Origin: an uncultured Armatimonadetes bacterium
GTDB lineage: Bacteria > Armatimonadota > UBA5829 > DTJY01
Direction of reading: 5' to 3'
Length of the DNA stretch: 64,000 bases
Assembly: GCA_963717145.1 (NCBI GenBank)
Contig: OY970325.1
Span: 3,136,001 to 3,200,000, forward strand
The notes under the pieces: generated by a model
What the model was told of the DNA's origin: nothing
Databases searched by the model: none
Seen by the model: the letters and a program-made list of their open reading frames with translations, nothing else
Shown: positions 28,507-37,415 of the stretch, piece after piece
Layout: each line of letters starts with the position of its first letter
How positions within the stretch are numbered: the stretch's first letter is position 1
Position numbers and translations under genes: made by a program

Positions 28507-29319
28507 CTACTCGTGCTCGTGGTTATGCGTCAACTCGTGCATGTGAGGATGGACGTGGACCTGGCCCTCGTGCCTGTGGGCATGAGCGTGGATGAGATTC
28601 ACCGAGAGAAGCAGATCGAGGTCCGCCAGCGCCGCCATCAGCGGTCCGTCGTACACGAGGCGGTGCTCCTCCGACAGGATCAGCGCCCGGTCCGCGACAT
28701 CGGCGGCAAAGCTCAGGTCGTGGGTGCAGGTGATGAACGTCATCCTGCCCTGATGGAGTGCGCCCAGATACTCGACGAGCCACTGCTGCGTCCGTGGATC
28801 GAGACCGGCGCTCGGCTCATCGAGAAGGATCACCTGTGGCCCGCACGTGAGCAGCCCGGCCAGCGCCACCTTCTTCTTCTCTCCTCCGCTCAGCATTCCC
28901 GGAGAGCGCCCCCGCAGCCCTTCGATTCCGAACAGCCGCAGGGTGTCCTCAAGCCGCCGCTCGACCTCCTTGATCGGCAGGCGGAGTTGCATCGGCCCGA
29001 ACGACAGCTCCTCCTCGACCGTGGAGCAGAACAATTGCGCGTCGGAATTCTGGAATAGCAGCCCGACTCTCTGCCGAAATTCCCGGGAGAACGGCGGCGT
29101 CTCGACCGTCTCCTCGGTGAGCGCCGTACCGAAGGCCTCGATCCGGCCCTCGGAGGCGAAGTAGAGGCCGTCGAGCAGGTGGAGCAGGGTCGATTTCCCA
29201 CTCGCGTTTGCGCCGAGGATCGCGATTCGTTCGCCCTCCCGGACTTCGAAGGTCATATCGGTCAGCGCCGGCTCCCCACCGGGATACAGGTAGCTGACTT
29301 TGTCGAGCGTGTAAACCAT
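28507..29319 (-). CDS. cbiO: ECF transporter ATPase (CbiO/NikO) with His-rich C-terminus
   Basis: GANASGKS, LSGGEKKKV, ILLDEP; tail HAHAHRHEGQVHVHPHMHELTHNHEHE. Confidence 0.9.
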   Translation of the reverse strand: MVYTLDKVSYLYPGGEPALTDMTFEVREGERIAILGANASGKSTLLHLLDGLYFASEGRIEAFGTALTEETVETPPFSREFRQRVGLLFQNSDAQLFCSTVEEELSFGPMQLRLPIKEVERRLEDTLRLFGIEGLRGRSPGMLSGGEKKKVALAGLLTCGPQVILLDEPSAGLDPRTQQWLVEYLGALHQGRMTFITCTHDLSFAADVADRALILSEEHRLVYDGPLMAALADLDLLLSVNLIHAHAHRHEGQVHVHPHMHELTHNHEHE

Positions 29320-29335
29320 GCCACTCCTATCGACG

Positions 29336-29434
29336 GGCGACCGTTGAAGGATCGCCCCTACGGCTCCCACGGCGACCGTTGAAGGATCGCCCCTACGGCT
29401 CCCACGGCGACCGTTGAAGGGTCGCCCCTACGGC
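29336..29434. repeat. Three tandem 35-bp REP-like units; the last supplies the cbiQ stop
   Basis: GGCGACCGTTGAAGGATCGCCCCTACGGCTCCCAC at 29336, 29371 and 29406 (partial). Confidence 0.92.
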
Positions 29435-30294
29435 ATCCGATCGAGGATCAGGAACGCGGCCACCGTCAGTATGGTCCCGGTGACCCAGATCACATCCCTG
29501 AGCCTCAGTCCGGGCACGGGAGCGATGCGGGTCTCACCGTCGAATCCGCGCGCCACCATCGCGTGATGCGTCTCCTGGGCGAGGCGGTACGTCCGGCGGA
29601 ACAGACTGCCGATCCCCGCCGCGACCCACCGCTGCTCCTGCCTTAGGGAACGCTCCGCGATCGTCCGGCTCAGTTTCGCCAGGTGGATCTCCTCCGCCGC
29701 TCGAAGCAGCACGGAGAGGTATCTCTGCATCATCGCGAGCACCATCCCGAACGCCCTGGGCATCCCGAGCCGTCGCAGCCCGTTCAGCAGCGCCGCTCGG
29801 TCGGTCGTCGCAACGAGCAGGAACGCCAGGGTGATACAGGTCGTCGACCGGAGCAGAAGCCGTGCGGCCACGATCAGTCCATTCCACGTAATGCTGACAG
29901 GCAGCGTCCACGGGCCGATCCGATCGAAGAGCGAAACGGCCGGCGCTCCCGGCGTGACGACGTTGAGCACCGCGGGCAGGGCGATCGCCAAGCTGAATAG
30001 CGGCACACCGAGCCACATTCGAGTGAGCCGTCCGAAGCTGATCCCGCTGATGAGGACGACCGAGGTCACGACGACGAACAATGCTGCGAGAGGAATCAGA
30101 CTGTGGAGCAGTGTGGCCGCCACGATCAGGATGACGAACCCAGCGATCTTCGCCCGAGGTTCGATGTGCGAGAACCGGGACTCAGTGGCACACTCGCCGG
30201 CCATCTCGCGGGCAAGGGCTTCCCCGAGACTCGCCAGCGCGCGCCTGACGGTGTTGCGCTTTCTATGACTCTTCTTCGCTCTCACGTCGTGCAA
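29428..30294 (-). CDS. cbiQ: ECF transporter T component (CbiQ/NikQ)
   Basis: IEPRAKI, LRRLGMP, RYLSVL, AKLSR, AMVARGFDG; multiple TM segments. Confidence 0.9.
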   Translation of the reverse strand: MHDVRAKKSHRKRNTVRRALASLGEALAREMAGECATESRFSHIEPRAKIAGFVILIVAATLLHSLIPLAALFVVVTSVVLISGISFGRLTRMWLGVPLFSLAIALPAVLNVVTPGAPAVSLFDRIGPWTLPVSITWNGLIVAARLLLRSTTCITLAFLLVATTDRAALLNGLRRLGMPRAFGMVLAMMQRYLSVLLRAAEEIHLAKLSRTIAERSLRQEQRWVAAGIGSLFRRTYRLAQETHHAMVARGFDGETRIAPVPGLRLRDVIWVTGTILTVAAFLILDRMP

Positions 30295-30601
30295 GTATCC
30301 TGCCCAGAAGCAAAGTCAGCGCGACCACAATGACCACGCCGATCACCGCGGACAGTATATAGGAGACGCTGAGTGTGTGCAACGGGGCGCTCTCCTGTCC
30401 TTTGAGGGCGTAGTCGGGCATCGGAGCGTGCCAGAGATCGGCAATGCGGCCCAGCCCGCCCGGCACGTGGCCGACCATCTTGTCGAGTTCATCCGCGCTC
30501 CACTCGCCCCACGCCGATCCCGCGCCGAACCTCGCCGGTATGATCAGTCCCAGCGGGGAGAGGATGATGAGCGCGCCTAACGCGATCCAGAGCTTCTTCA
30601 T
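30263..30601 (-). CDS. PDGLE-domain (NikN/CbiN-like) ECF accessory protein
   Basis: LSPLGLI..AWGEWS..APMPDY and a C-terminal TM helix. Confidence 0.85.
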   Translation of the reverse strand: MKKLWIALGALIILSPLGLIIPARFGAGSAWGEWSADELDKMVGHVPGGLGRIADLWHAPMPDYALKGQESAPLHTLSVSYILSAVIGVVIVVALTLLLGRILARRESEEES

Positions 30602-31275
30602 CGCTTTGCCCCCAGCAGAGACGCATCCGCCTTCTGGAGATACGCCACCACCAGGCCGGTGACTACCGCCTCCACGACTCCGAAGAACAGCAGGTGCTCG
30701 ACCGCCATTACACCTACCGCGACCTTGAGCCCATAAGGAGAATAGAGCGCTCGTCCGGCCGCATCATGGGCGATGAGCGGCTGGATGCCGAGCATCACCG
30801 CAGTCGCGAGCGCCGCCGCGTTGATCCCGACGTATCCGCCGAGTGCCGCGCCGATCCACCGTCTGCGCGAGGTAGCTTTCGACCGCCCCGCGATCAGCCG
30901 GTAGACGCCGTATCCCGCGAATGGCATCACCATTGCCATGTTGAGGCAGTTCGCCCCTATCGCGGTGATGCCACCATCGCCGAACATCACCGCCTGCACG
31001 ATCAGCGCGACCGAAACCGCGAGACATGCGGCCCATGGTCCGAGCAGTACCGCGATCAATACGGCACCGACGGCATGGCCGGTCGAGCCGCCGGGGATCG
31101 GGATGTTGAACAGCATGATCACGAAGCTGAATGCCGCGCCGAGTGCGAGCATCGGAACCTGCCGACTGCGCAGAGTCCGGCCGACGATCCGCGACGCCGC
31201 CACCCAGAACGGGGCTGCCACTATGTACGCCGCACCGTAGGTCTGCGGCCCGAGATATCCATCAGGAATGTGCAC
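30598..31275 (-). CDS. cbiM: ECF transporter S component (CbiM/NikM)
   Basis: GTG start gives the metal-binding MHIPDGYL N-terminus; NIPIPGGSTGHAVG, FGDGGITAIGAN. Confidence 0.94.
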   Translation of the reverse strand: MHIPDGYLGPQTYGAAYIVAAPFWVAASRIVGRTLRSRQVPMLALGAAFSFVIMLFNIPIPGGSTGHAVGAVLIAVLLGPWAACLAVSVALIVQAVMFGDGGITAIGANCLNMAMVMPFAGYGVYRLIAGRSKATSRRRWIGAALGGYVGINAAALATAVMLGIQPLIAHDAAGRALYSPYGLKVAVGVMAVEHLLFFGVVEAVVTGLVVAYLQKADASLLGAKR

Positions 31276-31280
31276 GGCTA

Positions 31281-31979
31281 TCACCCTTCTCCTTTGTGCC
31301 CGTATGCTCCGCCAAGAACGAAGTGCATGGTAAACCGCATGTCCCCACCGTCATTGGGAAACGCCACCCCCGACGTGATCCCAAACCGGTCGTTAGCCTG
31401 GTAGCTGAATCCTACGGAGGAGTTGTTACCATCGCCGCTCGTGTAATCAGCCATCAGTATCAGCCTGCTGGTGACAGCCTTGTCTACCCCTGCAAACCAT
31501 TGGCTGCTGCCGTCGATGCCTGCAACTCCCAGGTGTCCCCGCACTGCGCCGAGATCCTTGGCAGCTACGGCATAGGGACAGCTCTTCAGGTGTTTGCCCA
31601 TGTCGCAGATGCCTACAGCAATCGCCGGGTTGCGATCACCTTCGCTGAGCACGAGGCGTTTTGCATTCAGCAGCACATGAGTCTCGGCCCCTTTGCTGAC
31701 GTCGTAATCCAGACCCGCTTCGAGGCTGGGGGTCAGCCCGAGTTCGGCGTTCAGTATCCATGTCTTCTCATTTCCCCGTGCAAAAGTGCCATCGCACTGA
31801 ATCTCAATAGAGTACATCCCGTTCCCGACCATGTCCGCCGTCGGAATGAACGCCAACCCGGTGTAGCACGCACTTGCCGGCAAGCCCGCCATTCCCATCT
31901 GGACCATTGCCGCCATTATCGCACGCGCGGCGAGCCCAAGTAAACGGGCTTTCACACCCGTAACTGCTACGAATCTCAC
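31281..31979 (-). CDS. Hypothetical exported protein, possible beta-barrel
   Basis: Signal-like N-terminus, IPTAD motif, alternating beta-strand patterns; lies inside the nikR-cbiMNQO operon. Confidence 0.65.
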   Translation of the reverse strand: MRFVAVTGVKARLLGLAARAIMAAMVQMGMAGLPASACYTGLAFIPTADMVGNGMYSIEIQCDGTFARGNEKTWILNAELGLTPSLEAGLDYDVSKGAETHVLLNAKRLVLSEGDRNPAIAVGICDMGKHLKSCPYAVAAKDLGAVRGHLGVAGIDGSSQWFAGVDKAVTSRLILMADYTSGDGNNSSVGFSYQANDRFGITSGVAFPNDGGDMRFTMHFVLGGAYGHKGEG

Positions 31980-31990
31980 AATCGTGTTAC
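31964..31990. promoter_or_regulatory. Putative NikR operator
   Basis: CTGCTAC-N13-GTGTTAC overlapping the RBS and start of the 31281-31979 gene. Confidence 0.65.
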
Positions 31991-32012
31991 CTCCTTGGCA
32001 AGAAAAGATCGT

Positions 32013-32435
32013 CTACCGAAACGACCTTCCTGTAGTCGTACACACCAGCTTGCCATGCTTGACTCCTCGGGTGCTGATCAGCCGGTCCGCGATCGATCGG
32101 ATCTGCTCGCTCGAGCCTCTTACCACTATCACCTCGAGGCAGTTGTGCTCGTCGAGGTGGATGTGGGTCGTGCAAACGATCGCGTCGTGGAACTCGTGTT
32201 GGAGGCCGGTCAGAGTATTGGACAACTCGCGCACCTCGTGGTCGTAGACGATTGTTACCGTGCCGACCACCGACCCCTCGTCTCCTCCTTCCCATTCGCG
32301 TTCGACCAAGTGCTCGCGCATGATGTCGCGGATCGCCTCAGAACGCGTCCGATAGCCTCTGCTTCGAATGCTCTCATCGAAGCGCTTCACCAACTCAGAC
32401 GGTATTGAGACCCCGAAACGTGTCAGATCAGACAT
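32013..32435 (-). CDS. nikR: Nickel-responsive regulator NikR
   Basis: TRFGVSIP..RSEAIRD ribbon-helix-helix; YDHE..QHEFH..HIHLDEHNCLEV Ni site. Confidence 0.96.
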   Translation of the reverse strand: MSDLTRFGVSIPSELVKRFDESIRSRGYRTRSEAIRDIMREHLVEREWEGGDEGSVVGTVTIVYDHEVRELSNTLTGLQHEFHDAIVCTTHIHLDEHNCLEVIVVRGSSEQIRSIADRLISTRGVKHGKLVCTTTGRSFR

Positions 32436-32438
32436 GTT

Positions 32439-32484
32439 GTAGCACCTTCTGCATAATGGTAACACCGACCCGGCTCCGTGTCAA
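32439..32484 (-). promoter_or_regulatory. sigma70 promoter of nikR overlapped by a putative NikR operator
   Basis: TTGACA(32484-32479)-17-TACCAT(32461-32456); GTGTTAC-N13-GTGCTAC on the minus strand at 32465-32439. Confidence 0.72.
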
Positions 32485-32522
32485 GCAGGAACTTGGGAGA
32501 ATTATTTCTCTCGCACTGCGGT

Positions 32523-33230
32523 CTACTCCCGCTGCCAGTTGAAGCTCGTCTTGATGCTCCAGAGCTTGCCGGATGCCACGAGGTAGAGAAACGACGCGCC
32601 CAGAAAGATCAGGAAGACTCCACAGATGACCACCACCGCGCGGTAGATCTCGGGGCTGATGAACGCGCGACCTGTGACGATCGCCGCCCCGAGGATGAGA
32701 TACCACAGGATATCGCCGGAGATGTGGCCGAAGTAGAACGCACTGATATTGGAAGGCGTCCGGTTCGACGCGCCGGTGTTGCGGGCGACCGTTCCGAACA
32801 GGGTCATCCCGACCGTCGCCCACCAGATCACCCAGTACGGATTCGAGATGCTCACGACCATGCCGGTGATCACCGGGTTGTCGAGGATTCCCATCTTCAC
32901 TGCAGAAGGGGCCGAGGCCGACGCATTCAGATCGAGCGCGCCACTCAGTGCTGCCGGAATCATCCCCCACCCCATCCAGAGAAGCATCACGCCGCCGAGG
33001 ACGGAGATCGTGCCGATCACAGGCTTGATCCGCAGCACCTTTCCGAGCCCGAAGACCAGGCCGACGACAACCAGCAGTTCGAGCAGCGAGTGGCCGGCGA
33101 TCAGCAAGACGGGCGCGAGGAAACCCATGACCGTCGCCTGTGCGATGGTGACGGTCAGCAGAGGCCCCGGCATCAGCGCGCCGGATAGCGCCGTTATGAA
33201 CGATACTACGAAGATGCTGCCCTTGGACAT
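32523..33230 (-). CDS. LysE family translocator
   Basis: SGALMPGPL, GHSLLE, SNPYWVIWWATVG, GHISGDILWY. Confidence 0.9.
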   Translation of the reverse strand: MSKGSIFVVSFITALSGALMPGPLLTVTIAQATVMGFLAPVLLIAGHSLLELLVVVGLVFGLGKVLRIKPVIGTISVLGGVMLLWMGWGMIPAALSGALDLNASASAPSAVKMGILDNPVITGMVVSISNPYWVIWWATVGMTLFGTVARNTGASNRTPSNISAFYFGHISGDILWYLILGAAIVTGRAFISPEIYRAVVVICGVFLIFLGASFLYLVASGKLWSIKTSFNWQRE

Positions 33231-33240
33231 TGGTGTCTTG

Positions 33241-33269
33241 ATTGTATGGCCGACCAGCGGGATTGTCAA
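33241..33269 (-). promoter_or_regulatory. sigma70 promoter for the LysE gene
   Basis: TTGACA-17-TACAAT, 10 nt from the ATG (leaderless or very short leader). Confidence 0.7.
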
Positions 33270-33326
33270 CCAGCGGGAGACCCTCACCCTGGGAGAGGGT
33301 GAGGGTCACTTCCGCACTCCAGGATC

Positions 33327-33355
33327 TTGACGAAGGCCGGTGTTCCTGCTATACT
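33327..33355 (+). promoter_or_regulatory. sigma70 promoter upstream of ftsY
   Basis: TTGACG-17-TATACT. Confidence 0.72.
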
Positions 33356-33371
33356 TACACTGCTAAGACGC

Positions 33372-33403
33372 CCCGATCCGCTCGGCGGATCGGGTTTTTT
33401 GTT
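33372..33403 (+). terminator. Intrinsic terminator-like hairpin in the ftsY leader
   Basis: CCCGATCCGC-TCG-GCGGATCGGG followed by TTTTTTGTT. Confidence 0.6.
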
Positions 33404-33485
33404 GTCAGTAGGGAGGCCTTCAACGGCCTCCCATGGGCGACCGTGGAAGGATCGCCCCAGCGCAGCGTGGAGGCAAGCTTCACCA

Positions 33486-34364
33486 GTGAGACTTTTCAAG
33501 AACCTTTTTCAGCGAGTTGACAACCTGCTCACGGGCAGACGGCCTGTGGACGATGAGCTTTTCGACGAATTGGAGGAAGCGCTCATCGGTGCGGACTTGA
33601 ACGTCCACACGGCCATGCGCATCGTGGACGACCTCCGACGCATCTCGCGCGACGAGCGGTTGACCGAGGCCGAGCAGATCCGCGACCGCCTCAGGGACGA
33701 GATCGCCCAGTTGCTCGCCGGGCCGGATGTCGGACTTCGGGTCGCCGATGAGCCACCGACGGTCTACCTGGTCGTCGGTGTGAACGGCGTCGGCAAAACG
33801 ACGTCGATCGCCAAACTCGCCCACAGGTTCAAGCAACAGGACAAGCGGGTCATCCTCGCGGCGGCGGACACATTCCGCGCGGCGGCGATCGACCAACTCG
33901 AGATTTGGGCGAACCGCGCGGGAGTCGAGATCATCAAGCAGCGTGAGGGAGCGGATCCTGCGGCCGTGGTCTATGATGCCCTTCAGGCGGCCAAGTCGCG
34001 CGGCGCGGACATCGTGATCGCAGACACCGCCGGGCGACTGCACACCAGGACCAACCTGATGGAGGAACTGAAGAAGATCGGGCGGGTGATCGAGCGCGAA
34101 CTCGGACGCAAGGCCGACGAGGTGCTCCTCGCTCTCGATGCCACGACCGGTCAGAACGCGGTCAGTCAGGCAAAGGAATTCATGGAGGCCGTAAGCGTGA
34201 CCGGCGTCGTTCTGGCCAAGCTCGACGGCACCGCAAAGGGCGGAATCGTAGTGACGCTCAAAGAGGAACTCGGCATCCCGATCAAGCTCGTCGGCGTCGG
34301 CGAGGGGATCGACGACATCGAGGAGTTCAGCTCCCTCGACTTCGCGGCGTCGCTGGTAGGGTAG
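33486..34364 (+). CDS. ftsY: Signal recognition particle receptor FtsY
   Basis: [45 protein letters not shown]. Confidence 0.97.
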   Translation: MRLFKNLFQRVDNLLTGRRPVDDELFDELEEALIGADLNVHTAMRIVDDLRRISRDERLTEAEQIRDRLRDEIAQLLAGPDVGLRVADEPPTVYLVVGVNGVGKTTSIAKLAHRFKQQDKRVILAAADTFRAAAIDQLEIWANRAGVEIIKQREGADPAAVVYDALQAAKSRGADIVIADTAGRLHTRTNLMEELKKIGRVIERELGRKADEVLLALDATTGQNAVSQAKEFMEAVSVTGVVLAKLDGTAKGGIVVTLKEELGIPIKLVGVGEGIDDIEEFSSLDFAASLVG

Positions 34365-34667
34365 AACACAGAAACACTGAAAGAACACGGAAGCACGGAA
34401 AAGGCTTTCTATCAGGAAGCCAATCGGAGAGATGTCGAGGAGAACACGGAAGGATAGGGAAGCACAGAGGAGGCTTTTTTGCCAGGAAGCCAAGAATCGG
34501 AGGGCAGAAAAGCAGAAATGAAGCAATCTAGTATTCCATTTCGCCAACTCCCTATCCGCACTTTCCCCTTTTCCCTTCCTGCCTTCCTGGCTTCCTAATA
34601 GACTGCTTTCCGTGTTTCCATCCCGTTCTGTGCCTTCTGTGTTCCCATCTGTGTTTTCTGTGTTCCA
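34365..34667. repeat. Degenerate 8-9-mer tandem inverted-repeat element between ftsY and ffh
   Basis: Purine-rich left half (GAACACAGAA/AACACGGAA/GCACGGAA units) and pyrimidine-rich right half (TTCCGTGT/TTCTGTGT units ending TTCTGTGTTC). Confidence 0.75.
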
Positions 34668-34682
34668 CGTGATCGGCGAGGT

Positions 34683-34712
34683 TTGACAAGACCCGCCTGA
34701 ATCAGGTATACT
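34683..34712 (+). promoter_or_regulatory. sigma70 promoter for ffh
   Basis: TTGACA-18-TATACT. Confidence 0.7.
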
Positions 34713-34768
34713 GTCTGTTGCGGTTTTTACGGATTAGGAGCGGCTTCTCGCCTCGGTGGTGAATTCGG

Positions 34769-36106
34769 ATGTTCGAAAGTCTGTCGGAAAAACTTCAGGG
34801 TGTTTTCAAGAAACTGCGCGGCAAAGGAACGCTTTCCGAGCAGGACGTCAACGAAGCTCTGCGCGAGGTTCGTCTCGTCCTGCTGGAGGCTGATGTCAAC
34901 TTCCGCGTGGTGAAGGATTTCGTCGCCCGGGTTCGCGAGCGCGCAGTCGGGCACGAGGTCCTCGGCAGTCTGACGGCTGCTCAGCAGGTCGTCAAGATCG
35001 TCAACGAGGAGCTGATCGAGCTTCTTGGCGGAGCAGATAACACGCTGAAGCTCTCACCGAAGCCTCCGACGATCATCATGATGGTCGGTCTGCACGGCGC
35101 GGGCAAGACAACGACGTGCGCCAAGCTGGCCAGTCTCATGCACAAACAGGGACGGAGACCGCTCCTGGTCGCGCTCGACGTATATCGTCCGGCCGCCATC
35201 AAGCAGCTTCAGGTCCTCGGCGAGCAGCTCGGCATGCCGGTGTTCACACTCGGGGACAAGCAGGACCCCGTGGACATCGCCAAAGCCGCCGTCGGTTCCG
35301 CCGCCGCGAACGGCCAGGACGTGCTTATATTCGATACCGCCGGGCGACTGCATATCGACGAAGACCTGATGTCCGAGTTGGGCCGCATCCGATCGGCGGT
35401 CTCTCCGACCGAGATACTTCTCGTTGTCGACGCGATGACCGGCCAGGACGCCGTCAACGTCGCCGAGCAGTTCAACAAGGCGCTGGAGGTCGACGGATTC
35501 GTCGTGACCAAGCTCGACGGCGATGCCCGAGGTGGAGCCGCCTTGTCGATCAAGGCGGTCACCGGCAAGCCGATCAAGTTCGCCGGCGTCGGGGAGAAGC
35601 TCGATGCACTCGAGCCGTTCCACCCCGAGCGGATGGCCTCTCGAATCCTCGGGATGGGCGACGTGCTCAGCCTGATCGAGAAGGCGCAGACAGCAGTCGA
35701 CGCGGATAAGGCAGTCGAGCTGGAGCGCAAGCTCAGAGAGAACAGATTCGATTTTGACGACTACCTGGACCAGTTGCAGCAGATGCGCAAGATGGGCCCG
35801 CTCGATCAGATCCTGGGCATGATCCCCGGGTTCAACGCCAAGAAGTTGCAGGGGGCCGAGATCGACGAGAGCCAACTGGGCAAGGTAGAGGCAATGATTC
35901 GATCCATGACAAAAGAAGAGCGCCAGCACCCCGATATTCTGAATGGAAGCCGGCGGCGAAGAGTGGCCATCGGAAGCGGAACAAGCATTCAGGACGTCAA
36001 CCGCCTGCTCAACCAGTTCGGCCAGATGAAGAAGATGATTCACGGCTTGAGCGAGATGGAGCAGGGAGGGAAACGCGGCCGCCCGACGATGCCGTTCTTC
36101 TCGTAG
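34769..36106 (+). CDS. ffh: Signal recognition particle protein Ffh
   Basis: MFESLSEKL, LLEADVN, GAGKTTT, DTAGRL, DARGGAALS, PFHPERMASRILGMGD, M domain. Confidence 0.98.
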   Translation: MFESLSEKLQGVFKKLRGKGTLSEQDVNEALREVRLVLLEADVNFRVVKDFVARVRERAVGHEVLGSLTAAQQVVKIVNEELIELLGGADNTLKLSPKPPTIIMMVGLHGAGKTTTCAKLASLMHKQGRRPLLVALDVYRPAAIKQLQVLGEQLGMPVFTLGDKQDPVDIAKAAVGSAAANGQDVLIFDTAGRLHIDEDLMSELGRIRSAVSPTEILLVVDAMTGQDAVNVAEQFNKALEVDGFVVTKLDGDARGGAALSIKAVTGKPIKFAGVGEKLDALEPFHPERMASRILGMGDVLSLIEKAQTAVDADKAVELERKLRENRFDFDDYLDQLQQMRKMGPLDQILGMIPGFNAKKLQGAEIDESQLGKVEAMIRSMTKEERQHPDILNGSRRRRVAIGSGTSIQDVNRLLNQFGQMKKMIHGLSEMEQGGKRGRPTMPFFS

Positions 36107-36161
36107 GGGCGGTGCTTCCATGCCCGCCCGCAGGCGGGAGGCCGTTGAAGGCCTCCCCTAC
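36103..36161. repeat. GTAG REP-like heterodimer; supplies the ffh TAG stop
   Basis: GTAGGGGCGG...CCGCCC and GGGAGGCCGTTGAAGGCCTCCCCTAC. Confidence 0.8.
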
Positions 36162-36269
36162 GGTGGCTGGCTGTGGCCCGGATCGAGTAGGGAGCCCTGC
36201 AGGAATAAGCGGGGCGTGAGTAGAATAGAGTAAAATACAGAAGCTACAAATCTCAGAAGGAGGGCAGTA

Positions 36270-36656
36270 TTGTCAGTTAAGATACGCCTTAGAAGAATGG
36301 GAGCCAAGGGGCGTCCCTTCTACAGAGTGGTCGTCGCGGATGAACGTTGCGCGCGCGACGGACGGTTCATCGAAGCGATCGGGTTCTACGATCCGTTGAC
36401 GGAACCGGTCACGATCAAGATCGATGGGCAGAAGGCTGTGGAGTGGCTAAGCAAGGGAGCCCAGCCGAGCGACACCGCGCGAGCACTGCTGAAGAAGCAG
36501 GGAATCCTCGACCAGTTCCTAAGCACAAAGCAGAAAGCACCGAAGAGTGCGCCTGCGGCAGAGGTAAGAGCGCAGCCGGTGGAAGAGACCGCGCCGTCGG
36601 TGGAGGAGACTGTGCCGTCGGTGGAGGAAACTGCGCCGTCGGAAGAGCAGGGATAG
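36270..36656 (+). CDS. rpsP: 30S ribosomal protein S16 with acidic repeat tail
   Basis: [39 protein letters not shown] start. Confidence 0.97.
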   Translation: MSVKIRLRRMGAKGRPFYRVVVADERCARDGRFIEAIGFYDPLTEPVTIKIDGQKAVEWLSKGAQPSDTARALLKKQGILDQFLSTKQKAPKSAPAAEVRAQPVEETAPSVEETVPSVEETAPSEEQG

Positions 36657-36776
36657 CAGAATAGATCCAGTGACCGACTGGATCATGACTGCGGCCGGAT
36701 GCCAGTGGGCCCGCGATTGCGTCGGGTCTCCTGCATCTCAAGTGCCTTCACCCTGCTCCGGAAAGGAGTGTTCGGA

Positions 36777-37007
36777 TTGAAGGACATGATCGAGTATCTG
36801 GTCAAAGCGCTGGTTGATGAGCCCGAGCAGGTGAACATCGCAGAGATCGTCGGTGAGGAATCGACCACCTATGAAATCAGAGTGGCCGCTCCCGATCTCG
36901 GCAAGGTGATCGGCAAGCAGGGAAAGATCGCAAATGCGTTGCGCACGGTAGCAAAAGCCGCTGCCATGCGCACCAAGCAGCGAGTCTATCTCGAGATCAT
37001 CCCGTAG
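36777..37007 (+). CDS. khpA: KH-domain RNA-binding protein KhpA (YlqC)
   Basis: LVKALVDEPEQV..DLGKVIGKQGKIANALRT; AAAGGAG RBS. Confidence 0.94.
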   Translation: MKDMIEYLVKALVDEPEQVNIAEIVGEESTTYEIRVAAPDLGKVIGKQGKIANALRTVAKAAAMRTKQRVYLEIIP

Positions 37008-37010
37008 CCG

Positions 37011-37415
37011 ATGTTGCTACAGAGAAAAGTCACCGTCAAGGCGATCGTCACCGAGGAGTACAAGCGCAGACTGATTACGGAACTGGAGCAGGCGTTGGGG
37101 AAGGTGGAGTTGTCCCTGAGGGAACTCGATTTCCAGGGCCAACGCTACCTGAACGAACTGCGAGACGCCGACCGGGCTTCGATTGCCGAGTTCCAGAGGC
37201 GACTCCAGCGGCAAAAGAAGCGGCAGGAGCAGGTAAAGGGAAGTCTCTCCAGCCGACTCACCACCGTTCGCGAACTCGTTGTCGGCGCGGAGCACGTACA
37301 CGCCGTTCTCGATTGCCTGGCAGAGGTGAATGTCGGCGATAACCTTGCGCAAAAGCTGAACGCCGCCGAGTTGGTAATCCGGGACAACATAGTAGTGGAG
37401 ATACGAGACGCTTGA
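37011..37415 (+). CDS. YlqD family protein
   Basis: RKVTVKAIVTEEYK...VGDN..ELVIRDNIVVEIR; conserved position between khpA and rimM. Confidence 0.85.
   Translation: MLLQRKVTVKAIVTEEYKRRLITELEQALGKVELSLRELDFQGQRYLNELRDADRASIAEFQRRLQRQKKRQEQVKGSLSSRLTTVRELVVGAEHVHAVLDCLAEVNVGDNLAQKLNAAELVIRDNIVVEIRDA

Noticed and set aside
29336-29434. Possible mini CRISPR array
   Set aside because: The 35-bp units are head-to-tail with identical linkers and no unique spacers, match a dispersed REP family (37935), and no cas genes are present.
28507-31275. Cobalt transporter under a cobalamin riboswitch
   Set aside because: No riboswitch-sized leader exists; the operon is headed by nikR with operator-like boxes.
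33360-36269. SRP RNA gene near ftsY/ffh
   Set aside because: No CAGG-x-GNRA-x-AGCAG domain IV motif was seen in the intergenic stretches.
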